Part shown: positions 1 to 12,064 of the stretch, piece by piece
How the letters are laid out: each line of letters starts with the position of its first letter
Position numbering within the stretch: position 1 is the stretch's first letter
Source: Octopus sinensis
Taxonomy: Eukaryota
Assembly (NCBI RefSeq): GCF_006345805.1
Contig: NC_043001.1
Coordinates: 23,498,001 to 23,562,000 of the forward strand
Direction of reading: 5' to 3'
Length of the DNA: 64,000 nucleotides
Made by a program: the position numbers and the translations under genes
The notes under the pieces: model-generated
Databases searched by the model: none
Told to the model about the DNA's origin: nothing
What the model saw: the letters and a program-made list of their open reading frames with translations, nothing else

Positions 1-623
1 ATCTTCTTATTAAAAATTAATTCACTAGAGAAGGAATATTGTTGCTAGAGAATGAATACTGTGATTTATCTTGATAAAACTAGCATATTCTTGTTTGAAA
101 ATAATAAAATCGAAGCTGTAAGTGTGTATGTTATAAATATATGAATTACAGTGAAGTCTGGTATATTATGTCTTCTGTTAAATGAATACCAGATGGATAA
201 TAATAAATGAATTCAGAGACATGTTACAATAGACTGCAAAGGAATATTTATTACTATTGCTGAAATTTGTTTGATACAACAAACTGGCTGGACATTATAT
301 TTGTCTAAACGTTATATAGATTTAAATGCTCATAAAAATGAATATATAAAGGTGAGAGAAAAACCTGAAATTCAGCATTCTATTGCTAAGCATAATGTCA
401 AGGTTTCTGGTTTGAAATATCTTCAAACTAAAAACTGCAAAATGAAATCAAGATTGTTTTCACATCAAGGTTTCAGGTCACTCATAGCAAAGCTCTCCTC
501 CCTAGGGACTTAGCGGGCCAAAACTTCCCTTTTATAACTGATGAAAAGATGCTAGGCTAGCCCATCACATTAAAGGTGTGGGTGGTCCAAGTAAAACTAA
601 ATGGATCCAACCATCACATGGTG

Positions 624-1283
624 AACCAAAATAGGTGGTTAAAAGTAAAAAGCTGCAATGTGGGCAGCTAAAGTTCAAGAGCGCTCATGCTGCTGCTACA
701 AATCTTTTATTAGTAACTGGTCAGGGATGAATTATTCTCTGACACTGATAAAGAAGCTAAGCGTTTAGGATACAGTTGTAGAAATGTAAACCAAAATAGG
801 TGGTTAAAAGTAAAAAGCTACAATGTGGGCAGCTAAAGTTCAAGAGCACTCATGCTGCTGCTCCAAATCTTTTATTAGTAAGTGGTCAGGGATGAATTAT
901 TCTCTGACACTGATAAAGAAGCTAAGCGTTTAGGATACAGTTGTAGAAATGTAAACCAAAATAGGTGGTTAAAAGTAAAAAGCTACAATGTGGGCAGCTA
1001 AAGTTCAAGAGCGCTCATGCTGCTGCTCCAAATCTTTTATTAGTAAGTGGTCAGGGATGAATTATTCTCTGACACTGATAAAGAAGCTAAGCGTTTAGGA
1101 TACAGTTGTAGAAATGTAAACCAAAATAGGTGGTTAAAAGTAAAAAGCTACAATGTGGGCAGCTAAAGTTCAAGAGCGCTCATGCTGCTGCTCCAAATCT
1201 TTTATTAGTAAGTGGTCAGGGATGAATTATTCTCTGACACTGATAAAGAAGCTAAGTGTTTAGGATACAGTTGTAGAAATGTT
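624..1283. repeat. Tandem repeat, 4 x 165 bp
   Basis: Unit AACCAAAATAGGTGG...GTAGAAATGTA starts at 624, 789, 954 and 1119; only a few substitutions between copies. Confidence 0.95.
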
Positions 1284-1584
1284 CTGTTTATGTAAAAGTA
1301 TATTGAGAGATCCTCAGGACATTAGAGCATTGTAAAGTCTAGTAGTTGTGAACTTGGGGGTTTTAACTGCATATTGTTTATGATGAAAAAGGATGAAGTA
1401 CAAGAATGTTACTTCATCCTCTTTGATATATGTTGTGATTGTATCTCTGTATTGCTGAAAAACAATAAGTTGTCATGACCTAGCTAAAGGCTGTTTTGAA
1501 GGCTGACTCAACTTTTTGTCACTGTTTGCCACATGGATAATTCAAGTGAAAGTAAGAAATGTGTGTAAGGCATTCATTCTTTAA

Positions 1585-1805
1585 CCCTTTCAATACTAAC
1601 CCGGCTGAAACCGGCTCTGGTTCTGTAGTACAAGTGTCTTGTTTCCATAAGTTTTGAATTAAAATCTTCCACTAACCCTTAATCATAATTTATGTTCCTA
1701 ACACTAGCTGAATGATAACTAAGTTATTTTACTAAATTATTTGTTATATTTAAAGTAATTGAAAGAAACACAGAGCACCTCAAAATAAATGTAGTAATGA
1801 AAGGG
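1585..1805. mobile_element. piggyBac-type MITE, subfamily A
   Basis: TTAA|CCCTTT...AAAGGG|TTAA; near-identical internal sequence to the copy at 43093-43312. Confidence 0.8.
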
Positions 1806-1944
1806 TTAAAGTATGTCTAGGGCAGCATTTTCCAATGTGTCCTTTCCTTCCTTAAACTGGTAGGGTGTGGTTAAATTGAAATTTGGCTGATATATCCAAC
1901 ATACAGAAGCTGGCCTGACTAACATTTTATATTATTTTTGTAAA

Positions 1945-2390
1945 GGCGGCGAGCTGGCAGAAACATTAGCACGCCGAATGAAATGCTTAGCGGTATTTCG
2001 TCTGCCGCTACGTTCTGGGTTCAAATTCCGCCGAGGTCGACTTTGCCTTTCATCCTTTCGGGGTCAATAAATTAAGTACCAGTTACGCACTGGGGTCGAT
2101 GTAATCGACTTGATCTGTTTGTCTGTCCTTGTTTGTCCTCTCTGTGTTTAGCCCCTTGTGGGTAGCAAAGAAATAGGTGAGCTGGCAGAATTGTTAGCAC
2201 ACCAGGCAAAATGCTTAGTGGCATTTTGTCCTTCTTTATGTTGTGAGTTCAAATTCTGTCAAGGTTGACTTTGCCTTTCATCCTTTGATAAAATAAGTAC
2301 CAGTTCAACACTGGGGTTGATGTTATCATCTTAACCCCTGTCATGAAATTGCTAGCTTTGTACCAAAATTTGAAATCACTATTTTTGTAA
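1945..2390 (+). mobile_element. tRNA-derived SINE family 1 (about 235 bp), two head-to-tail copies (approx.)
   Basis: Box A-like TGGCAGAAAC and box B-like GTTCAAATTCC; central GTCGACTTTGCCTTTCATCCTTTCGGGGTCGAT, which resembles a Meta-type domain from memory. Other copies approx. at 3702-3932(-), 7602-7822(+), 8105-8328(-), 32067-32506(+), 41705-42152(+), 42455-42683(+), 57970-58130(+) and 60130-60260(-). Confidence 0.8.
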
Positions 2391-2749
2391 AAGCTTAAAT
2401 AGAACTGCCAACCAGTGCTCTATCTCTCCTCTGAACTCCTTTTATTACCACTCCTCATTCTCACCGTTATATATCCAACCTCTATTTCTCTCCACCTGCT
2501 ATAGTCAGTCACTCCCCTCTCCCTGGCAACTCTACATATTCCTACCTTCTTCGCATCATACTCTTGTTCCTTCTATCATCACACCCATTATGGTCCTTCA
2601 GATGTTATTGTTCTTTCTCTTCAATTCTCCTCCTTGGTTACTTGTGCAAATATACATGCCTAAATTCATTTCATATTTTTTACCTACATTTATTTCACCA
2701 CCCCCCCACTAGCTTTCCTGTGGCCATTATTCCCTTTCCAGATTTACTA

Positions 2750-3362
2750 TGAGAAGACCCAGCAAGCCAAGTCAGACCATAACTTTGTGGCCTATGCCAG
2801 GAGTGTAACCAGCCCACTTATGTGTACCTTTCCTTCATTGGACACTAAGCTCTGCTTGCAAAGACCTGTTGAGGCAAGTGAAATTAAAATCGAAATCAAA
2901 TTTGATGACTGGCATCCGTGCTAGTGGAGCGCTAAGAGCACCATACGAGCATGATTGTTGCCAGAGCAGCAACTGGCTTCCGTGCCAGTGGCATGTAAAA
3001 AGCACCATTTGAGTGTGATCGTTACCAGCGCTGCCTTACTGGCACTTGTGCCAGTGGTACGTGAAGAAACATTCGAGTGAAGTTGTTGCCAGTACCACTG
3101 GACTGCCTCCTGTGCAGGTGGCACATAAAAAGCACCATTTGAACATGGCCGTTGCCAGTACCACCTGACTGGCCCTCGTGCCAGTGGCACATAAAAGCAC
3201 CCACTACACTCTTGGAGTGATGAGCGTTAGGAAGGGCATCCAGCTGTAGAAACTCTGCCAGATCAAGATTGGAGTCTGGTGCAGCCATCTGGTTCGCCAG
3301 TCCTCAGTCAAATCGCCCAACCCATGCTAGCATGGAAAGCAGACATTAAACGATGATGATGA
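2750..3362 (+). mobile_element. 5'-truncated RTE LINE 3' end/UTR with (GAT)n tail, representative copy (approx.)
   Basis: Starts with the sequence that follows the RT region of the LINE at 46805-48462 and ends in GATGATGAT. About 20 further pieces, e.g. 4468-4985(-), 9765-11045(-, interrupted), 16922-17460(-), 20165-20442(+), 24298-24915(-), 29530-29965(+), 34620-35085(+), 41200-41475(-), 49980-50420(+), 50675-50955(+), 52135-52545(-) and 59530-59930(+). Confidence 0.85.
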
Positions 3363-5260
3363 TATCAGATCTCCACCCAGACCCCAAAAGTGTTCACATT
3401 GTTCGTTGGTTGGCTTTATGGGCAAAGAAAGTGTAGATTTATAAAGTCCCTTTAGTTGTTTCACCAAGGACTTTCTCTTCTGTTGGTACCATGAGAAAAT
3501 CGATTGAGTACACTCTGTAAAATGGTTGGCATTCTTTTTAATGATTTTAGCTTAACCATCATTATCATCATCATTTAATGTCCATTTTCTATGCTGGCAT
3601 GAGTTGGATGGTTTGACAGGAGCTGGTCAACTGAAGAACTGTCTAGATTCCAGTTGTCTGTTTTGGCCTGGTTTCCATGATCGGATGCCCTACCTAATAC
3701 CTATTTCTTTATTACCCACAAGAGGCTAAACATAGAGGGGACAAACATGGACAGACATAGGTATTAAGTCGATTATATCGACTCCAGTGCTTAACTGGTA
3801 CTTAATTTATCGACCCCAAAAGGATGAAAGGCAAAGTCAACCTCGGCGGAATTTGAACTCACAACGTAACGGCAGCCGAAATACCACTAAGCATTTTGCC
3901 CGACGTGCTAACGATTCTGCTAGCTCACCGCCAATACCAACTAATACCAACTACTTTACAGAGTGTACTCGGTTCTTTTACACAACACCTGCATAAATGC
4001 ATTTACATGGCACTGGTACAGGTACTTTTTTATGTGGCACCAGCACCCATAAAGCTGCAAGATTATAACATGAAGAAATGCCTCTAAATAGTTTATCTAG
4101 CATCCTAATGGCTCTGCCAGAATGCTTATTTTGATTATTCAGGAAACCAACGTCTGCTTTTTGTTTTGTTTTTAACCTAAAACCAAAGTTCACTACTATT
4201 TCCTCACTGCAGTTCGATACAATAGTTGCTATAATTAGTACACTGTCACTCCGAAAAACATCTGTACTTCCTGTTATATTATCATTCATTAGATTAAAAT
4301 ATCAGGCATTTTATTAGCCACACAATTAAGTACATGCTCCTCGTCCACCAGATTGCTACATGTATATACCATGCCTTTATTTATGTAACGAATCTCTTCT
4401 TGTAAGTGGCATATTGAAATAGAGACTTTAATGATATAGATTTGTAAAATTGGTATTATGTACAGGCATTATCATCATCATCATCATCATCATCTTCGTT
4501 TAACGTCCGCTTTCCATGCTAGCATGGGTTGGACGGTTCAACTGGGGTCTGGGAAGCCCAAAGGCTGCACCAGGCCAGTCAGATCTGGCGGTGTTTCTAC
4601 AGCTGGATGCCCTTCCTAACGCCAACCACTCCGTGAGTGTAGTGGGTGCTTTTTATGTGCCACTGACACAGGTGCCAGATAAGGCTGGCAAACGGCCATG
4701 CTCGGACGGTGCTTTTTATGTGCCACCGGCACAGAAGCCAGCCAAGGCAGCGCTGGCATCGGCCACGTTCGGATGGTGCTTTTTATGTGCCACCGGCACA
4801 GGTATCACAACTACTATTTCCATTGATATTTATTTCGATGTTCATGTAATTAACTCAACAGGTCTCCTCAAGCACAGCGGGATGTTCTGGAATCCAAGTT
4901 CTTTAAATGGGCAGGGGCTATGCGGAACTGGTGCAGGAAGCAGCCCGGGTCTTTGCAGTCACAGCATATCTCCAGAGATCTTGGTCCTTCGCCATTGCCT
5001 CAGTGAGGCCCGGTGCATATATATATATATATATATATAAGTCCAGTTTTTTTTCCAACACAAATGCTCTGAAGTACGACGTCTTGCTAGTTCAACTAAA
5101 ACATCTCTATTGACACAAGGATAAGATTGATGTGAAACTAATACTGTTGATATGCTTTATCAGCATCATCATCATCATCACCATCACCACCAAACTATCA
5201 TCATCATCAGCAGCAGCAGATTATTGTAGTTGGATAATTTCTCCATTTCTGTGAGAGATA

Positions 5261-5775
5261 TTGGGTTGTCCGGAAAGTTTGTGCCGATTTATAGTAGCTT
5301 ACATTTTGACTTATTTTAGAACATTGTTGAGTCAATAAAATAGGATTAGACTACACCTCCATTTAGAGCACAGTTTAAGCTATTTTTTCATGGAAGAAGT
5401 TTATGTTCCTATAACCTGTGTTAATTCTGTAACCCTTTAAAATGGAAGATAAGAAAGTTCACTTCCAGCACTTGATGCATGGGAACCAGACAAAAATTGC
5501 TGCAGCTTGGCTGGGATGTGTTACCCCACCCTCCATATTCACCAGATATTGCTCCTTCGGATTTCCACTTATTCAGGTCTCTGCAGAATAGTCTTAATGG
5601 TAAAAATTTCAATTCCTTGGATGATGTAAAAAGATACCTTGATGAATTGTTTGCCATGAAACCACCTCGATTCTGTAAAGAGGGTATTTTCAAGATAAAG
5701 GAAAGGTGGAGATACGTTGTGCATTGACCTTTTTCTTTCCTTTAAAAATTGACACAAACTTTCCGAACAACCCAA
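5261..5775 (+). mobile_element. Internally deleted mariner element with C-terminal transposase remnant
   Basis: TA|TTGGGTTGTCCGGAAAGTTT...AAACTTTCCGAACAACCCAA|TA; ORF 5479..5727 contains HPPYSPDIAPSDFHLF, the mariner third-Asp motif. Confidence 0.92.
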
Positions 5776-6537
5776 TACATTATCATTCGTTAGGACTGAC
5801 ATGTTGATAAGGCAGCATTTCTTTTCTTGGGTGCCTTGATAACAATGTCCTGTCATTTATTCTTGATCTCCCTGTCTGTGTCAATGTGTCCCAAGTTATG
5901 ATTGTTTTGACATTCTTGGAGAGCTTTTCTTATGTATGCTGATACTATCTCTTTTCTGTTGGTATTTCACAATGCTAGTATAGCTTCTAGCATATACAAG
6001 TCCCAACTCTGTCACACCTATGGATGTATTGTTTCTTGACTGGACATACCATCAAAGTGACACCACCACCACCACCACCACTACTACTACTAACTTGACT
6101 GATATTTATCAACTTCAGAGTGGTGGTAGTGGCAGCAGTTGTTGTTGTAGCTGTGGTGGTGTTATTGTTGCTAATACTTCTTAAATTACAATGAGTATGG
6201 CTTATTGTTGCAGTCACTAAAACAAATTTTATGTTCAATGCTTACCGTTTCAGTAGGATATGTTTAATAGAGATGCATGTGTCCCCAATCAAGAGAGATT
6301 CAAAGTTTTTACTCCATAACTTGCTTTGTATATTTTTCATAATTGCAGAAGCAGTTATCAAAATTTGATTTATAATATGAAGCAAATGATGTTTTTGTCT
6401 AGAAATTGTTGTTTTTTCTTACATAGTGATTGCATCCAATAATTTTTAAATATATACCTTAAGATTCAAGAAAAGAAAAACACTTTTGATTTTGAAAATC
6501 ATTAAAAAGAAACTATTTACTTTTTCTTATATTCCAG

Positions 6538-6774
6538 GTTTTCCTTCAGAAGATGAAATGGTAAATTATTTGGTGTCAAATGGATCTTTGTATTACAATG
6601 GTGGCATTGTCTTTGAAAACAAGTCTTCAAGTTCCATTTTTGATATCATGTTGAAGATAAGGCTTCCTACAACTATTTCTAAACAACAAGTCAGATGGAA
6701 TACTGATCGCATGTTTCCATTGTTCCAAACGTTTGAACCAAGACAGAAAGCATCTAGCTGTGGAACAAGACCAA
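6538..6774 (+). CDS. ABCA3-like: ABCA transporter exon 1 in window (ECD1 part: GFPSEDEM...WNTDRMFPLFQTFEPR)
   Basis: ttccag acceptor and GTAAGG donor at 6775; open frame, phase 1 to phase 1, joins the 12916 exon in frame. The GF.SE and W.T..LFP....GPR pattern resembles ABCA3 ECD1. Confidence 0.88.
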
Positions 6775-6827
6775 GTAAGGCTTAATAGCAGTTTTAGGTT
6801 TCATTTGTGTCTAATTGATTTAGCTTA

Positions 6828-7205
6828 TCTCTATATATATAAAGCTGAAGTTGTCTGTGTATGGCAGGTTTGGTAGCCTTCAACTAACACTATCTCCTCT
6901 GAGACCCTGCAGCGCAAGTTGACCAAAATTGAGAGTATGATAGAAGAAGGCTTGCTCTTCTTTCCGTAGAACAAATTCAAATCTGACCATGTTAATACCA
7001 AAAATTATTTACATTAAAAAGGTGCATTTTTTCTATGAAAATCCCTATTTTTTACTGCAGTGTCACCATTTTTCAGTGTATTTCTGCCAGAAAAATGTTC
7101 ACTTAAAGAGAATAACAAGCTGCATAATGCAAAATTTTTACTTTTCAAAAATTCCAATTCTAAAGGGTCGAAACAAACCCGAGCAACACCGGGCGATACT
7201 GCTTG
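6828..7205 (+). mobile_element. Non-autonomous Helitron
   Basis: A|TCTCTATATATATAAAGCTGAAG 5' end; 3' hairpin CCCG-AGCAACAC-CGGG followed by CTTG|T (CTAG expected); A/T insertion site. Confidence 0.75.
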
Positions 7206-7601
7206 TTTATTGATAAAGCACACAGTATCATATGTTTATAATGTATTAGTGATGTCTGATAGTAATATTTTTACAGTGTTTATCTTTTTTTGTTGGGTTG
7301 GTCTGTAGGAAAAGGCTGTGTCCATGTCTATTACAAGCCTCCAAAGATGAATGAGATTGATGTAGATAACATTTGTCTTGAACAGTTGCAGGAATTCCAG
7401 CAGGATAACATTTTGGGAAATAAGAAAGGACTTCAGATTTACATGCTTGGGTGGACAGGGACGCTTGTAGGAAAAAGAAAGACCAGTGAGATAGAAGTGT
7501 CTGAGTGAAGGTGGGACATGAGCAGTCAACTGTTGGGGCAAAGATGACTTTCACAGTGATAGAAACAGCAGAAAGTGGAAACGGTACATCTGTGGGCCAG
7601 A

Positions 7602-7822
7602 TGGCAGAAACGTTAGCGCGCCGGGCGAAATGCTTAGCGGTATTTCGTCTGCCGTTACGTTCTGAGTTCAAACTCCGCCGAGGTCGACTTTGCCTTTCAT
7701 CCTTTCGGGGTCGATTAAATAAGTACCAGTTACGCACTGGGGTCGATGTAATCGACTTATTCAGTTTCTCTGTCCTTGTTTGTCCCCTCTGTGTTTAGCC
7801 CCTTGTGGGTAGTAAAGAAATA
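7602..7822 (+). mobile_element. SINE family 1 copy with 19-bp target-site duplication
   Basis: GGTACATCTGTGGGCCAGA at 7583-7601 and at 7823-7841. Confidence 0.88.
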
Positions 7823-8689
7823 GGTACATCTGTGGGCCAGAGGTTGGGGAGTTGTTGATTTGCAATTTCATGTCAATCAGTTTTGCTGCATACTTGGTAG
7901 ATGGCAGCCCGTCTTTGTATCACTGTGAATGGGTTTTGGTGTTCTATTTGATAGGTGATGAGTATTGTAATTAACTGGTCAATCGAACTCACATCAAAGA
8001 TTTTACTTCCGCTCGAGGACCAGATAATACATCAGCTTTGATTAGTTGTTGACCCTCTACAAAGCTTGAGTGCAGTCCATCTTGGAGTGATACTCATATT
8101 TATATATTTCTTTATTGCCCACAAGAGGCTAAACATAGAGGGGACAAACAAGGACAGACAAAGGGATTAAGTCGATTACATCGACCCCAGTGCGTAACTG
8201 GTACTTAATTTATCGACTCCGAAAGGATGAAAGGTAAAGTCGACCTCAGCGGAACTTGAACTCACAACGTAACGGTAGACGAAATACGGCTACGCATTTC
8301 GCCCGGCGTGCTAACGTTTCTGCCAGCTAACGGTGCAGTTATAGTCTAAAGCCTATCCACAAGAAAGCCTTTTCTCTGTCTCTTCCACCCATACTATAAT
8401 GCCCTTTGCTCACATGAACTAGTAAGCTGTATACTACTACCCAACTCCACTAGTACACTTGTTTCTCCTCTTGTAATCACACCTGAAATCCTATGCCAAA
8501 AACTGCATAATCATTTCTTGCCAGAGCTGCAAAACTAGAAATCCTCTTGCTGTCTGTATCTGCAGATATTGATCTGTCAGAGTTCAAACTAAACACCAAA
8601 GGCTGTTGGCACTGTTCCTCCTCAGACTGATTAATTAAAAAAAAAAATTGCTTTTATGCTTCATTTCTATTGTTGGAACTTAATTTATG

Positions 8690-9108
8690 GGCGATCTTTC
8701 GTCTCTAGTAGACCTTTCCGTCGATTTCCGTAAAAAAATTTTTTTTTTTACATATGGGCTTGCGGGAACTTTTGAAGTAATGAGAGCGAAAGAGACTAAG
8801 AGAAAGCGATTGTATGACGAGGGAAGTTCTTTTGAAGTTACTGTGCATGTGAAGCATTGATGTACATGTGTGTGTGTGTTTGATGGGGTGTGGGAGACAG
8901 ACAATATGTTGTGTAAGTGAAGTGCTTCTGTTAGTGTGTGTGAAGAGACAGAGTAATGTGTGAAAGAAAGAGATAACTGAAATTTTTTACTCGGTGTATG
9001 TGTATATGTATGTATATTACTTCAAAAGTTCCCGCAAGCTCATATGTAAAAAAAAAAAATTTTTTTACGGAAATCGACGGAAAGGTCTACTAGAGACGAA
9101 AGATCGCC
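8690..9108. mobile_element. Long-TIR MITE (Merlin- or MULE-type), copy A
   Basis: About 92-bp TIRs starting GGCGATCTTTCG (8690-8781 / 9016-9108); perfect 8-bp TSD AATTTATG. Confidence 0.85.
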
Positions 9109-9119
9109 AATTTATGTTA

Positions 9120-12064
9120 CTAGCAAAGACACCTATTTGTAAATGATTTAAGGGTACTTGTATCGCAGAGTGGTCCCGGTTGCGCACACGCGGATTCGCG
9201 CGTGCCAGGCGTAGGTACTCGATACTCGAGATCCTACGATGTGACTTGCGCATGCGCAGTGCGCGTTAACCCCCCCCTATAATTTGTTGAACTTAATATT
9301 CACCATTAATTTCACTAAAAATGTGTGTGTGTGTATATATAACATTTAACATTTTCAATTTTACACAAAAAATTACAGAGTAACACCCGCACGATATTCA
9401 CTAAACACCCCCCCACAAAAAAACAGATTTTTTAGATACCTTTCTGCTTTTTAAGACAATAAAGTGTTATTGGAGGGAAATCTGGCTGCTATTTCTAGCT
9501 GCCTGAATGACAACATAGCGATTTACAGATAAATGAATTAATTACTATTTTACAGAATAAAATTAATGAATTAATTATATAAATTAAATAATTCTTGAAA
9601 ATTAATTAATATTAATAATATTTTTTGAACAAAGTAAATAATTTATAAAACTTAAATAATAATTTTTTTTACACAAACGCGAACGTATACAATTTGTGGA
9701 ACTTTTTTTTTTTTTACAGACGTATATAATTTGGTAAACTTAATGAATTAATTTCTTCACATTATCATCATCGTTTAACGTCCGTTCTCCATGCTAGCAT
9801 GGGTTGGACGGTTCGACCGGGGATCTGGGAAGCCAGAAGGCTGCACCAGACTCCAGTCTTATCTGGCAATGTTTCTACAGCTGGATGCCCTTCCTAACGC
9901 CAACCACTCCGAGAGTGTAGTGGGTGCTTTTTACATGCCACCCGCACAGGTGCCAGGCGAGGCTGGCAACGGCCACGGTCGGATTGGTGCCAGTCGAGGC
10001 GGCTCTGGCATCGGCCACGATTCGGATAGTGCTTTTTACGTACCACCAGTCCAGGGGTCCTGGCATCTGCCGGGTGCCAGTCATAGGATTGGTTCAATTT
10101 CGATTTCACTTGCCCCAACATGTCTTCGCAAGCAAAGGGGGTTGGCATGGGTGCCTGTCGTCGGATGAGGTTCGATATCAACTTCGGCGAAGTTTCGCAT
10201 GTCGTAGCTCAGATTTCCGTCGATTTCCGTAAAAGAACTTTTATTTTTTTACATAAGTAATGAGAGCGAAAGAGACTAAGAGGAAGCAATTTTATGACGA
10301 GGGAAGTTTGTCTTTGAAGTTACCGTCTAGGGGAAGCATTGATGTACATGTGTGTGTGTGTGTGTGTTTGATGGGGTGTGGGAGACAGTATGTTGTGTAA
10401 GTGAAGTGCTTCTGTTAGTGTGTGCGAAGAGACAGAGAGAGTAATGTGTGAAAGAGAGAGATAACTGATTTTTTACTCGGTGTATGTGTATATGTATGTC
10501 TGCATGTATGTGTGTGTGTGTATGTATCTGTGTATGTGTGTGTATGTATGTATGTGTGTATGTATGTATGGTCGATTCAGGGTAATTTTTTACTCGGTGT
10601 ATGTGTATATGTATGTCTGCATGTATGTGTGTGTGTGTATGTATCTATGTGTGTGTGTGTGTGTAAGTATGTGTGTGTGTATGTATGTATGTATGTATGT
10701 GTGTGTGTGTATGTATCTATGTATGTGTGTGTGTGTATGTATGTATGTTTGGCCGATTCATCGTAATTTTTTACTCGGTGTATGTGTATATGTATGTCTG
10801 TCTCTTCGCACACTAACAAAAGCACTTCACTTACACAACATACTGTCTGTCTCCCACACCCCATCAAACACACACAGGCCGACTTCAAAGAGAAACCTTC
10901 TCGTCGTAAAATCGCTTCCTCTTAGTCTCTTTCGCTCTCATTACTTATGTAAAAAAAATAAAAGTTTTTTACGGAAATCGACGGAAATCTGTGCTACTAC
11001 AACCGAAACTATGCCTCAACTTCGCTTGCCTCAACAGGTCTTTGTGTATAAATTTATAAATTTTTCGCACTAAATTCTTTCCGTAGAATTTATCAAAAAA
11101 CGCGCAAAATTATTCAGTAGAATTTATCAAATTAAAAAACGCAAAATTAATATATTTTTTGAAATTGCAAATTATTTAGAATATAAAACAAATGAAGTTA
11201 AATTTTAAAAATAAATGTCATATACTTATACTCTGTAAGGTGCTGTGTTCACACTTCAATTTACTATTTTCTAGAAATGTTGCTTTTCTAATTGAAACCA
11301 TTTTTCTCAAGCTCCATTTAAAAGTCCATGTCTCTCGACCGTCGGTGTGTTTTTGCAAATGTGTTCGAATGAGAAGTGAGTTGTGTTTGGCGCCTTTTTT
11401 ACTAATAACAAACACACACGTATGTGTTTGAGTGTTTGTATGTAGTTGTTGAAACGGTTTGTGTTTGTCACTGTCATATATGTATGTGTATGCGTGTGTG
11501 TGAGGAATGGCAAACCAGATAGATAGCGCGCGAAGTTCTTTTGAAGTTCGCGCTCCGCTTGTGTGTGTGTGTGTGCGTGCTTTAGGTGTACGTAGGTATG
11601 TGTTTATGTGTGTGTGTCACTGAAGCCATACATACATATATACATACATAACCTCTCTCTCTTCTTTTCTCTCTCAGTCACTCACGACAAAAAGTGAATA
11701 AAAAAAGTTCAGTTATCTCTGTCTTTCACACATACACACACATCACATTACTCTCTCTGTCTCTTTACACACACTAACAAAAGCACTTCACTTACACACC
11801 ACACTTTTTGTGTCGCACACCCCATCAAACACACACACACACACTCACGCACGCACACATGTACATCAATGCTTCCGATGCACACCAACTTCAAAAGAAT
11901 TTCCCGAAAAAAAAACGGAGGAAAGCATTTGAAATGAGAGGGCTCGATATGAATCACGACTATAAGATACCCGCTTTTGGTTACACTGCACTGCAAAATG
12001 TGGGAGTAGTTAGGAATCTAAATCGTAGGAGACAGACACACAACTTCACTTTTATATATTAATA
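9120..12064 (-). mobile_element. Putative Helitron-like element hosting nested RTE-UTR and MITE insertions
   Basis: On the minus strand the right end reads ATATATAAAAGTGAAGTTGTGTGTCTGTC, like the 5' end at 6828. A candidate CTAG|T end lies at 9120. The interior is CpG-rich. No clear 3' hairpin, so the left boundary is uncertain. Confidence 0.45.
10186..11015. mobile_element. Long-TIR foldback MITE, copy B
   Basis: Arms 10186-10436 and 10797-11015, termini GGCGAAG / CTATGCC; perfect 8-bp TSD TCAACTTC; splits an RTE 3'-UTR fragment. Confidence 0.85.

Noticed and set aside
217-351. Possible upstream exon (ttcag...AAG/GTGAGA) overlapping ORF 271..513
   Set aside because: It ends in phase 0 while the 6538 exon needs phase 1, and it shows no ABCA similarity.
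624-1330. 165-bp unit as a coding repeat or RLE remnant (KEAKRLGYSC...)
   Set aside because: Stops in every frame read, and the resemblance is too weak to support without a search.
3978-4289. 103-aa minus-strand ORF as a nested gene exon
   Set aside because: No recognisable motif or convincing splice sites, and one end runs into RTE-UTR repeat sequence.
4516-5040. Recurrent MLAWVGRF... / LQLDALPNANHS ORFs (also at 9791, 41254, 50706 and 59589) as a gene family
   Set aside because: They are antisense translations of the RTE 3' UTR with inconsistent frames between copies.
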